A DNA stretch of 64,000 nt, taken from assembly GCA_000002445.1 (NCBI GenBank), contig CH464491.1, positions 320,001 to 384,000 of the forward strand, read 5' to 3'. Below are positions 10,327 through 20,897 of the stretch, one piece after another. The stretch is from Trypanosoma brucei. Its lineage: Eukaryota. The position numbers were made by a program, and so were the translations under genes. Every line of letters starts with the position of its first letter. Position 1 is the first letter of the stretch. Under the pieces are notes generated by a model. It was not told the origin of the DNA and made no database searches. It saw only the letters and a list, made by a program, of their open reading frames with translations.

Positions 10327-11049
10327 CTTATTTAAAAAAAAACTCTTAGCCTCTTCTATTGTGCTCCTCTCACATCTACTCTCCTTCGGTACCTTTACCT
10401 TACCCTCGCTTTCTTTTTTCTTTTTTTTTTCTTTTTTTGTTTGATTTGTTTGATTTGTTTGACTGAGTGTTTTCTATTGGTGGTGTTGTTGTGGCGGTTG
10501 TTGTTGTTTGGCACTCTACTGTCGTGCACCGGATGTGTCTCATTCTAGAAAAGAAATCAGTTTTTTTTATTCAATATACATATATGTATATATCTTTTAT
10601 TTGTCCATTTTATTGTTATTATTATTTTTGGGGGGAGTGTGGGGGGAGAAATGTCATTGTAGAAGCCATCGCTTGTGGTTGCTGGTTTCTTCTTCCTCCA
10701 CCCCCAGTGCACGATATGTTGATGGTGCTATGAAATTCTCTGTTAGCCGGTTAACGTAATTTTACATCCCCTTCTTCTTCTTTCCCCCTCGGTCGTTTCC
10801 GCTACTCGCATTTCATTCCAGTTATATACGCTACGGTTTGAGATACTCAACCGCTTCCTGCATCGCGAACCTGCAAGCGGAAGAAGCAAGCTCGAAAAAG
10901 GGAGGTACAAAAGGGTTTGCTTCAAGAACTGTTGTTTTTTTTTTTGCTACAAGTTGTTGACCGACACCAGGACACAAAAAAACCGGAGAATCACCGTCTT
11001 AGCCGTTCCGAGTTTCAAAAAAGGAAATCAAAAAAAAAAAGGCGGTAGT

Positions 11050-14000
11050 ATGAAGGCGCTTAGTGACGATTCTCTACCTTCTTTCCGATTGGGATCACAG
11101 GGGAACTTAGCCGCGGTTCCCACGAAGGGACCATCACCGCGGTTTGAACTTGCACCTATTGTGAATGAACTTCAGCAGCAGATCATATCAGCGGACTGTC
11201 AAAGTGATGTCATTGCCATGCTTGGCGCATCCGGACGACTGGTGTTACGTGACACAATGCAAGATGGTCCACCACTAGTGACCTCTGTGCGTAACCCTTA
11301 CCGCGTGTTTATGAGCCCAGACGGCAACCACACTCTTGTCTCCACCACCGATGGGGAGTTGTGTTACTTTTCTGTACGGAATCGTAAATCAACAGGGCAT
11401 TTCACTCTCCACAATCGTGGTGCCAGTGGGAATGAGGCTGCGCGAAATAATGTGGCTTCGTGTGTTTGTTGGCTTTCATCTGATGCTGGGTTTATTGGAA
11501 GTCCACGCACTTCTATCAGTGGGGCAGAAGGAGTAAGCGGCAGTGGCAGTGGTTGGCAGTTGGGATCAGGAACCGTTTACTGCCTTGTGGGCACAAAGTT
11601 GGGTGGTCTTGTGTTTTTAGTGAAAGTGGAGGTACATGGAGACGGGGGTAGTGTGAAGTTAACGTGCTTCCGTTCTCTGCAACTTCCCGACGCCAACCCC
11701 CAACAACAAGTTGGGTCTGTTGAGGTCGAACATATAAACTCCTTATGGGTTTTGTTCGTGTCAACTCCTACAGTTCTCTATCGAGTGGAGGGGCTCATGG
11801 ATTCTCCAGCAGATTTCTTTGATAGTATCACTGCTTCAACAGGTATGTGGAATATTCGTAGGGTGTCTACTGCGGGGAATGCTTCAGCGTCGGGTGCTGT
11901 CGTGTTGTACCGTCCAGGTATTGGGATGCCGGCACAATCGTATGCATGGGCAAGTGTAGCTGGTGTGGTACATGGTTTGCTAAATAGCCGTTCAGATGGA
12001 AGTTCTGCTAATAGTGGTGAAGCAGCTCTTGTTGAATTAACCGACGGAGGTTCTGTTGTGAATGAACAGCTTCTTGACTTGGAGCACGTAGTGGTACCCA
12101 AAAGTAGTTCCAACGAAAGTGCCGCGATTACGGCGGCGGTGCCTGATCACTCCTTCAGAGGCGAGTCACAATTGCCGGTTGGTGCAACGTTGGTGGACGT
12201 TGGACTAACTGCTTTCCATATGTTGTTACTGTATAGGGATAGGTTCATTGTGCTCAACCACCCAGCCGGTCTTTCGTGGCGGGGAGCCTCCTCCACACTG
12301 CAGGGGGATTGGCCATACCTTTGTGAAATTGAGGAGCGTATTCGGTTCGATCCATTTCGTTATTCAAAGCGGGAGTCACCCCTACGCGGAATCGTTCGAG
12401 ACACTGCAGCACGGAAGGTGTACGTCTTTGATGCGAACACTTTCTGGGAGCTTCAGGTAGAACAGGAGCACCGACAGCAGTCGGAACTCTTCCTTGACCG
12501 AGCGGTCAACACAAGGGAGAGCTCTCATCTGCGAAACCGCTACTTCAGGGCCGCGTATCAACTATGCAAATACGATAAGACAATGAGAAATAAGGTTCAA
12601 TTTCTTCGTGGAAGGTTTCTCCTTCAAATAGGTGCTATTCGTCGGGCGATGGATGTTCTTGCGGAATGTGACTTCTTCGAGGACGTTTACCACCTCCTTA
12701 TGTCCTTTCGGAACAGTAAGGTGTTGCAACTGTACGTAGAGAAACGGTACAAGAACTTGGTCAGGCGTGTCACTGAGGGGAAAGGTGTGCAAATGCAGTT
12801 GGCGTGTTTGTTGGCGCTCATTGTAGTGTTGCGGTTGGACACCATTGCACGTAGTGAAAACATAACTGATGCACCTTCCGCAACTGCGGTAGCAGAGACT
12901 TTAACATCGGGGTTGACAGCTTTCATTGAAGAGACGTTGGAAGAGCGATTGCCCATGTTTAGTTGTGTTGGTTACGTTAATCTCATCGCACAGCTGTTGG
13001 AAGAGCAGTCTCGACCAGAATTAGTACTGAGGTTCGCTGAAAGGATGAACAAGATGCGCTACGTTATCACTTACCATGTATCGCGCGCCAACTATGTAGA
13101 GGCAGCAAATGTGCTTGGGGCTCATGCGCGGCGGATCGATATGCGGAGTACCTGGTACAGTCTTGCCCCCATCCTCATGAAGAAGTGTCCTATACAGTTT
13201 ACCAAAGCGATGCTGCGTGCGGTTAGCCGAGATGCCTATGACATGCCCTATTTGCTTTTGAATGCTGAAAAACTCATCCCAGTTTTCACCCAATATGAAC
13301 CGCACATGAACGAGGATCCTGACAATCAGGAGCATCAAGTTGTTTTATTTCTCGACAATTGCATCACGAAATTGGGTTGTGATTCTCCTGCCGTCCACAA
13401 TTACTACCTAAGCCTTGTGGTCAAACACGACACGAAGCGCCTAGATGAATTTCTCCAGTCTTCGCTTTACTATGATATAAGATTTGCCCTGCGGCAGTGC
13501 CTCGAGTCGCGCAGATATCGGCAGTGCGTGAGATTGTACAGCCAACTTCACCTTTATGAGGATGCATTGCGAGCAGCATTGGATTGTGCGGAGTTGACAC
13601 AGGACGAGACGCCAGGTGGCGCCAGCAGTGCCATCGTCGGTAGTGGTGTGAACGAATGTGCTGCGACATCTCTCGTAAGCGGAGCGGATTTGGGATGTAA
13701 TGAAGGTGAGGAAAGGGATGCATGGTCGAGGTTGAGCGTAGCGCAGGAATTACTTCTATCGCTTCCGGATGATATGCCGTTACCTCGGCGCAAGGCCTTA
13801 TGGCTCATTGTGGCTCAACATGTTATTCAGAAGAATGACAACCGTGCAGCACTCCGTATTTTAGCTGACTCCTGTGGAGTTTTGAAACTGGAGGATATTC
13901 TCGAGGAAATGAACGACGTTAGCGTCATGGAAAACTTCAAAGGGGCTATATGCAAGAGTCTTGAGGTTTATGCATCGTTGACTAAGCAGCTTCGGGAGAA

Positions 14001-14373
14001 GCAGTTGGAGGCGGGTCGCATGTCCGAGGAACTGAAACGGGAGATTGAACAGCCTCGCAACAGCTTTGGTTACGTAACAGCGAATCAGCGATGTATAATT
14101 TGCCGCTCAACTTTGCTTCAGGGGGATGCCCCGTTCTTCATTTACCCCCGCTGTTGCCATGCAGTACACGAGTCTTGCGCGGTGGCAAAATTAGAGAGCA
14201 TTGGGGGGTTGGAGGCTTTTGTTGTGGACGAAGGACTTCCAAAAAACTTCTTGGACGGCATTAACTCGACACGTGATTTGGCCCAGATGGATTGCGTGAT
14301 TTGCGGCGAAACTGCAATATTGGAGATTGACATGCCATTATTTACAGAGGACGATTCTTGGTTAGTGTTGTAG
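11050..14373 (+). CDS. VPS11/VPS18-family HOPS/CORVET tethering subunit. It has an N-terminal beta-propeller-like region, clathrin-heavy-chain-repeat-like helical region and a C-terminal RING-H2 zinc finger.
   Basis: 1107-aa ORF. The C-terminus reads CIICRSTLLQGDAPFFIYPRCCHAVHESC...CVIC (RING-H2 spacing). Alpha-solenoid segments (e.g. RFALRQCLESRRYRQCVRLYSQLHLYEDALRAAL) are typical of class C Vps proteins. The first in-frame ATG is at 11050; the ORF-track start at 10954 is TTG within a T/A tract. Confidence 0.6.
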   Translation: MKALSDDSLPSFRLGSQGNLAAVPTKGPSPRFELAPIVNELQQQIISADCQSDVIAMLGASGRLVLRDTMQDGPPLVTSVRNPYRVFMSPDGNHTLVSTTDGELCYFSVRNRKSTGHFTLHNRGASGNEAARNNVASCVCWLSSDAGFIGSPRTSISGAEGVSGSGSGWQLGSGTVYCLVGTKLGGLVFLVKVEVHGDGGSVKLTCFRSLQLPDANPQQQVGSVEVEHINSLWVLFVSTPTVLYRVEGLMDSPADFFDSITASTGMWNIRRVSTAGNASASGAVVLYRPGIGMPAQSYAWASVAGVVHGLLNSRSDGSSANSGEAALVELTDGGSVVNEQLLDLEHVVVPKSSSNESAAITAAVPDHSFRGESQLPVGATLVDVGLTAFHMLLLYRDRFIVLNHPAGLSWRGASSTLQGDWPYLCEIEERIRFDPFRYSKRESPLRGIVRDTAARKVYVFDANTFWELQVEQEHRQQSELFLDRAVNTRESSHLRNRYFRAAYQLCKYDKTMRNKVQFLRGRFLLQIGAIRRAMDVLAECDFFEDVYHLLMSFRNSKVLQLYVEKRYKNLVRRVTEGKGVQMQLACLLALIVVLRLDTIARSENITDAPSATAVAETLTSGLTAFIEETLEERLPMFSCVGYVNLIAQLLEEQSRPELVLRFAERMNKMRYVITYHVSRANYVEAANVLGAHARRIDMRSTWYSLAPILMKKCPIQFTKAMLRAVSRDAYDMPYLLLNAEKLIPVFTQYEPHMNEDPDNQEHQVVLFLDNCITKLGCDSPAVHNYYLSLVVKHDTKRLDEFLQSSLYYDIRFALRQCLESRRYRQCVRLYSQLHLYEDALRAALDCAELTQDETPGGASSAIVGSGVNECAATSLVSGADLGCNEGEERDAWSRLSVAQELLLSLPDDMPLPRRKALWLIVAQHVIQKNDNRAALRILADSCGVLKLEDILEEMNDVSVMENFKGAICKSLEVYASLTKQLREKQLEAGRMSEELKREIEQPRNSFGYVTANQRCIICRSTLLQGDAPFFIYPRCCHAVHESCAVAKLESIGGLEAFVVDEGLPKNFLDGINSTRDLAQMDCVICGETAILEIDMPLFTEDDSWLVL

Positions 14374-14976
14374 CGGCTGACTGTCGCTAAGGCGGTCGCA
14401 GCACGCCGTGTTCCACGTTCTCATTATTTTTTACTCATTCCGTTACCTTGCCGTGTGCTGTGGTGCCCGACGTTCACCCGGAAAACTGCAGGTATGCACG
14501 CTAGTGAGGGAGTCTACAGTACAAAACAAAAGGAAATTTACCGTTGCTATATAGTAATTAATTCACGACCCCTCTTTGTGTGTGTGTGTGTGTTATTTTT
14601 TTTTTTAATGTTATTCTGTGCTACTCGTATAACCTCCGCTATGCCATTTGTTTTCCATATTTGATTCTTGCGTCGATGACGTGAATAAATGTACATTAAT
14701 TCGCGAGATATATATTCATAGAAGTTGTTGGAATCTTTGAAAAAAAAAAACGACCGCCACGTGGCGTGGGGTGGACTAAAGATATTTCCAACCGACCGGT
14801 GCTGCAGTTCATCCGTTTCGCCGAAACGCTTGTCATCTGCTGTGGGTATTACTCACTTGTGATCAAAGAGTAACTGGGAGGAGGCTCACCACGCTGCCGG
14901 CACTCTCCTTGTTTTTCGTTTAGCGGTATCTTTATTTATTTTAGATCAACGTTACGGAACTAACAGCGTGTGTGCA

Positions 14977-17133
14977 ATGAAGTTTTGGGTGAAGGCAATA
15001 ACGGATAAAAACGTGCAAGAGCAACTTCTTGTTGACGCTGAGAGTTTAGATGAGCTCACGAAGGAGCTCAGCAGCTTACTCAACACGTGTGTGACTTCAA
15101 TATCCGTTTCCGACTTCCAGTCACAAGTAGTGGACAAGATCAACAGTGGTACCGATATTGTGACTGTCAACGTCGGCACATCAACCACCTGTAGTGATAA
15201 CAATTCAAAGGCGAATACTAACACCAGTCATTTTGAGACAAGTGTAACGAGCACAGGGCATTGGTTATGTAACGATGCAGCCTTGTCGTTGACTGAAGAT
15301 GACGAGTGGTTGTGTTCAACCGCCAGCACAGCTATTGCGGAAGGAACACCCGTAAGACGTACATTAGTAGCAAATCAGTTGCTCCTGGATGCTACACCGC
15401 AAATAGACCGTATTTGCCTTCGCCGTGACCAGTTGGAGTTACTACTTCGGCCGTCCCATAGGGGTGCCTACCACAGTGTTATCACGGGTTGTTTTGCACG
15501 CATGCGATGGCGACAGGGATACAGTCTGTACCAAATCGTTCGCCCTGCAAGTGATCAGATGCTCGTATTCGACATGATTCACTATGAGGAAACGCATGGA
15601 ATGGAGGTAGTTAGCAACGCTCCACCTGTTGCCCAGGAACTTACCACGTGGGGGAAGCGGATGCGTGCTGCCTCTCGTCCCTTCGTGACTGCAGGTTTTA
15701 TTGAGGCAAAGGTGGGAGATGTAAATTCTGCCCTGCGAACTGCAAGGGGATCCTCTGTGGAGCGCCCGTCGCTACAACCACAAATAATGGTCCCTTCAAC
15801 TCCCCCTGCTTCCAGCACAGATTCTTACCCAAGACGAGCGCGAAAAACGCTTAATGCGTATAGTCCCTCCCTAGCCTTCTTCAGCTTTGACCGCTTACTG
15901 ATAAAAACGAACGATACACTCAAACACTCGCAGTTTTGTATTGTGAATGAACCGGAAATGGATTCTTTCAGCGTCGTCATTTTCGCGTCACGGTTTTCCA
16001 ACACTTATGCGAAGAAACCAAGACGGTCAGACTTTGCGGGGTGTATGATTACCTTAGATAAGAATGCTCGAACCCCCGGAATAGCAAGTGAAAGAGATAT
16101 TACAGAGAAGGGTTACGAAATGCTTTGCTCTCCGCAGTGGTGGGGGTGCCGTTATATCGCACTGGTTAGACCCCAACCAACCGGAAGTAGTGAACCCTAC
16201 ATTGATAGTAGAGGAATTTGTATGCAGGACTTCACGGTGTTGTCCGGTCGCTTCTTGTCGAGTCTCTTTAATCCACCAACGACAACGTCCCTACCGGTTC
16301 CTACTTGGGCAACAGGCGAGGGTCTCTCTGCTAACATTTTGCGTCCCCAACTTGTTGTGCACCACAAAAAGCTTCATGTATTCTACCTTATTAGCATTGT
16401 GACATCGTCTCCGGTTCGACGTCCGTGCAGCGTTCGCTTAGGAGCTTGTGAGCCGTTAAATGTTGGTGCTGTGTCAAGCAATGCCAATGCAGACAGCCAA
16501 GCTGCTGAAGGTGGTGCTTCTTTGGATGGCTCGTTCGCGAACAGTGGTGCACTACCGCACAGGAACAGATCGAATAGTCCCGCACTTGTGGGTATATGCC
16601 AGTATAGTCTAGCACACGCGGTTTGTGAAGGGGATGCGTTTGGACAGTGGCATATTGTGTCAGATGAGGAACCGCTGCTGTCTTGTCAAACTAATATGCC
16701 CGTATTTACTGCTGCCTCAGTCCCTGCAGTCGATGCTAAGCGTGAGAAAAGTATTGTTAGCGACAATTCACCAGAAAGTGATCCATTGAACGTGCTGCAA
16801 TTACTGTGGTATGAAGGGGACGCTTCCGACAGTCAGTCCTCGGCCCCATCCAACCAATCCACATTGTCCTCCGCATCTCGAAGTAATAGCGTGAGTAACC
16901 GCCCTCTACTACCGTTTGAGCGATGGGTAAACACGCATGAGGATGCATCACCAGATGCTTGGGAACAGGAACCAAGTTATTCCGCTGTACGCATAAATAC
17001 GGAACTAATGAAATCCGGCGTTTGTTCCCTGTCATTATGTGAGCACGAGGGGATGGTACTTGCTGCCTCCGTCAACCGAGACGCTCAGCAGCGCACTGTT
17101 GTGATAGTGGCACCACTAACGACAGAACCGTGA
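14977..17133 (+). CDS. Plus3-domain protein, a possible Rtf1-like Paf1-complex component, with a long Ser/Ala-rich low-complexity C-terminus.
   Basis: The segment RICLRRDQLELLLRPSHRGAYHSVITGCFARMRWRQGYSLYQIVRP matches the Plus3 domain pattern (R..LE.....P.F...V.GCFVR.....Y.L.QI). The first ATG is 14977; the ORF-track start at 14968 is GTG. Confidence 0.45.
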   Translation: MKFWVKAITDKNVQEQLLVDAESLDELTKELSSLLNTCVTSISVSDFQSQVVDKINSGTDIVTVNVGTSTTCSDNNSKANTNTSHFETSVTSTGHWLCNDAALSLTEDDEWLCSTASTAIAEGTPVRRTLVANQLLLDATPQIDRICLRRDQLELLLRPSHRGAYHSVITGCFARMRWRQGYSLYQIVRPASDQMLVFDMIHYEETHGMEVVSNAPPVAQELTTWGKRMRAASRPFVTAGFIEAKVGDVNSALRTARGSSVERPSLQPQIMVPSTPPASSTDSYPRRARKTLNAYSPSLAFFSFDRLLIKTNDTLKHSQFCIVNEPEMDSFSVVIFASRFSNTYAKKPRRSDFAGCMITLDKNARTPGIASERDITEKGYEMLCSPQWWGCRYIALVRPQPTGSSEPYIDSRGICMQDFTVLSGRFLSSLFNPPTTTSLPVPTWATGEGLSANILRPQLVVHHKKLHVFYLISIVTSSPVRRPCSVRLGACEPLNVGAVSSNANADSQAAEGGASLDGSFANSGALPHRNRSNSPALVGICQYSLAHAVCEGDAFGQWHIVSDEEPLLSCQTNMPVFTAASVPAVDAKREKSIVSDNSPESDPLNVLQLLWYEGDASDSQSSAPSNQSTLSSASRSNSVSNRPLLPFERWVNTHEDASPDAWEQEPSYSAVRINTELMKSGVCSLSLCEHEGMVLAASVNRDAQQRTVVIVAPLTTEP

Positions 17134-18721
17134 ATACAACGAGAAAAAACCGGAAAGAAAAAAACATAACATATTGAACAAATCGAAGAAGGGTGTACTT
17201 TGTTCTGCGAGTAAGAAGAGGGTGGAGGAATCGTATTTTTCCGATTTCTTGATGAACGTTCGCCTTTTTTTTTTATATATTTTAAGAGGACTATTGTGGT
17301 TGCATGTGGGTACAAAAGAAGGAAATAAATGAAATGATAATAAAGTGTGCATTTATGTCTTTTTCGTTATCATTTTACTTTTCGTTCATTCATTTTATAT
17401 TCTTTTTTTCCAGCTTCAATAATTCCGTTGTACCTTATTGTTCTAAATAATGTATAATCGTGTTACAATCCCCGTGTCCCATGTTTTCTTCACCTACGAC
17501 TTTTCCCTCTCCTTCTAAAAAAAGAGAAGAATGAAAAATATAATATTAATGAGCTTTCTTTAATTGTGGTTACTGTTATCTGTACTATATTTTTCAATGT
17601 TTTTTTGTTTTTGTATTTTTCGCTTTAGCATATTTATGTCAATAAGATGCGGGAGCGTTCACGAGAATTATTAGTTGTGTGGTTGTCGTCTTTGTTATCT
17701 CCGGCACAACACCTTATGTGCTTATTGTGTGGACACAAGAGAAACAGAAATGGGAGAAGGGGGATTTTTTTTTTTTAAAAAAGAAGAACCTTTTTTCGTT
17801 TTATTTTCGTATTCGGTCGTATAATCCCACTTTTCGTTACTTTTATCTCTATTACCTCTTTTCATTTTGCTTCCCGCTTTCTTCTTTTAACTTTTCCCCC
17901 ATCTTCCTCTTCCCAAGTTTCTTTTTTGTATAGTGTGCTGAAGTTTGCGAGACTGAGCGAGACTGTTACACGTTACAACAGTCGTAATGGTATTATTATT
18001 ATTATTATTAAACAATGATAATAATAATGATAATAACTTTTGCTAGTGTTATTATTACTATTTTGATTTCCGTCTACGTTCTATTTATTTTGATTTTGCC
18101 TTCTGTTACTTTCTTTATTACTTTAGTTGTTTTAGTTCCAGTTTCACTTTTTTGTTGTTTTGTGTGTATGTGTGCATTTTGCGTGTTTGTAGTAGTTATT
18201 CAGTGCCCACTCCTCCCTTCTCCCATACGCTCAGATTTCCTTTATTACGCTAGAAGGAAGCAGAGCGAACACGCATACACAAAACGAATAAAGAAAATTT
18301 AAAATGAAAAAAGAGAAAGAAAAGAAAAGTACTCTCCATCATTCCTCTTTATTTTTCCATATGAGATCCTGTTGGCTCCCATCTCATCTCATCACTTCTC
18401 CCGTTATCTGTCTCCTCACAGTGTCAGTGGCATCGGCGCCAGATGATTATTTGCATGTTCATTGCTTGCGGTTCTTTCCAGTCTAAACTAAAAAACAACA
18501 AAAACTTCGCTTTTCCCCCTATTTCATCTGATTATTCCCTTTTGTAATCGATTTTTTAAAAAAAATGTTTATATGCGTACAACGTGCGTAGATACATTTT
18601 CTCTAATATATATATATATATATATTGATACGCAAGTAATTATAAGAGAATCAAGGCGGAGGGGTTCAGTACGTTACTTTAGGCGTAAGGGGTGGCGGGA
18701 AACTGAAACGGGTTGGATATC

Positions 18722-19699
18722 ATGTCTGATACATTAAGTAGCAAACTAGACGATGTCGATGCGGATGTTTTGCGCGGCGCGTATGAGCCCGTAGCGATTA
18801 TCGGAGAGGGAACTTATGGTGTTGTCTTCCGTGCACGTGGGGTTGCGAGCGGGGCCGAGTTTGCGATAAAGAAACTAAGAAGTGACAAGCTGAAGGAAGG
18901 CGTTCCTGCAACAACACTTCGAGAAGTGACGCTGCTGCACGAAATGAGTGACAATCCAAATGTGGTGCGACTGCTCGATGTTCTGTGCTCCAAGCGTCGT
19001 GTTTATTTGGTGTTTGAGTTGCTTAACGAAGATCTGAGGTCTTTTATTCGCCGCAACTATCCGCAACCACCCGCTACTGCCAGTAGCTCTGTTGTACCTT
19101 TGAGACTCGTGAAAAATTTTACCTGTCAAATGCTTCACGCCTTGTGGAGGTGCCACCAGAATCGAATCATTCACAGGGACCTTAAACCTGCAAATGTGCT
19201 TCTCGGGGTAAAGAAGTCAACGAGGAATGACGGCGAGGATTCGTACATTTTGAAACTGGCGGACTTTGGGCTTGCGCGTACTTATGAGATGACATTGTTG
19301 ACGTATACGAAAGAAGTAATGACGTTGTGGTATCGTGCACCAGAGATTTTGCTTGGGGAGCGGCACTACACGCCAGCCGCAGATGTGTGGTCGGTTGGTT
19401 GCATTGTGTTGGAGATGATTGTTGGTTGTCCTGTTTTTAGAGGTGAGTCCAACCGGGACCAGTTAGATAGGATCTTCTACACTGTGGGAACACCGACGGA
19501 AGAGACATGGGCTGGCGTAGCAATGATGCCAGGATATGACAAGGCAACGAAAATATATAAGGTGGCGCCTCTCCATGAGCGATTGCCGACATTCGATAAG
19601 GAGGCAGTACAGTTTGTTGCATTTCTTTTGCAAGTCAATCCAAAAAGCCGTCCCACTATTCCTACAATTCTTCAACATCCTTTTCTGCAAGGTGACTAG
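18722..19699 (+). CDS. cdc2-related protein kinase (CRK/CDK family).
   Basis: Carries the Gly-loop IGEGTYGVVFRA, AIKK lysine, a PSTAIRE-like helix EGVPATTLREVTLLHE, HRDLKPANVLL, DFGLAR, WYRAPE and DVWSVGCI. There is a ~12-aa insert before the DFG. The first ATG is 18722 (MSDTLSSK...). Confidence 0.85.
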   Translation: MSDTLSSKLDDVDADVLRGAYEPVAIIGEGTYGVVFRARGVASGAEFAIKKLRSDKLKEGVPATTLREVTLLHEMSDNPNVVRLLDVLCSKRRVYLVFELLNEDLRSFIRRNYPQPPATASSSVVPLRLVKNFTCQMLHALWRCHQNRIIHRDLKPANVLLGVKKSTRNDGEDSYILKLADFGLARTYEMTLLTYTKEVMTLWYRAPEILLGERHYTPAADVWSVGCIVLEMIVGCPVFRGESNRDQLDRIFYTVGTPTEETWAGVAMMPGYDKATKIYKVAPLHERLPTFDKEAVQFVAFLLQVNPKSRPTIPTILQHPFLQGD

Positions 19700-20897
19700 C
19701 TCCTTCCCCTCCTTCCACCCCCAACACGTTCGTTGCTTTGCTGTTGCTTTGTTTTATATCATGATTAATTTATCGGTGAAGATGTGGTAATCAGTTTTGA
19801 TTGAATAAAATCTCCGGGGTCTCGATCATTTGGTGAGGCGTTACGATTTAACAATGCGTATTTTTGTGCGTGTTTTGCAATCAACCATTGTAGTCGAATA
19901 GATATGAGAGGAATCAACATCCCGTAGAATTTCCAAAGGCTCAGACGTAATGAAATCACCTGAGTCGCGTAAATCATTTCTTAATTTTTTAATTTTTCGC
20001 CGTCGTTGTTTTTTTTTCTTTCTTTGTATTCTTGGAGGTTTCTTCGTAGCGGCTTTCTTGGCGCGGATCATACACATAATTAGTGCGGGGTGAGGGTCAT
20101 TGATTGAGGGAATGGGGAACCAACTTCAGTAACCGCTTTTGTATGAGGGGATGGGGCATGAGTTGTGTACTCAAAATAAGAAAAATAACGCAAAGAGAGT
20201 GAAAATCAGTACACACGGTCTGTACGCATAGCCGGTGTTCGCGACTGGGGAAACAACACAATGCTATTAGTTATTAAGTTGTTAGTGGAGGTGGTGTTTT
20301 TGATTATTTATGCACTTCACCTGTGGTAATGTCTCTGAGGTATCGTGGGGTACCTCGTTTTGTAAATCTATTGAAAATGTTTTTTAAATCTCCCACGTCT
20401 CTTGCTTCGTTTTCGTTTTGTTTAATAGTTGCTGAAGTGTTATTGGCATATTCTTCATTTCTCTTTTTATTTCCGTTTCATTTGTTTCTTCCTCCACCCC
20501 TTATCACCCTTTTCTTCTTTCGCTGTTTGGAGTATGAAAATGATTGATCACCACTCGCCATGTGCAGGGGTATGTTTCTTCTTGATATGAAATGCCGATC
20601 AAGGTTGCGGTTATTCCCTCCCTGAAATGCTAAAGCGAAAATATATATATGTCAGCGGTTTCTTCGTTAACACTTTTCTCGGCCGGTTTATATCGTGTGT
20701 AATTGCTTTTAAGGCTTGTGAAAGCTATGGTCGCCTCTGTAATTAGTTGAATGATTTTTTTAAAAAAAGCTTTCATTGTAATATTCTGGTCATCTCTTGG
20801 TTTCCCTTTTTTTCCCATCAAACATGTCCTTCTAACACTTCATTAAACTAACAAAATATAAAGAAAACAAGCAAGTATAGTGAGTCATATTTGTTGC

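Noticed and set aside
10954-11049. N-terminal extensions of ORF-track proteins starting at TTG/GTG. The same pattern appears at 14968, 18713, 20880, 25069, 34630, 39404, 45766, 51247 and 54852.
   Set aside because: Non-ATG starts running through A/T or pyrimidine tracts. I used the first in-frame ATG downstream of the poly-Y/AG as the start.
12330-12350. GGTTCGATCC, a perfect tRNA T-loop consensus.
   Set aside because: It is embedded in the uninterrupted Vps-like CDS with no cloverleaf partners, so a chance match.
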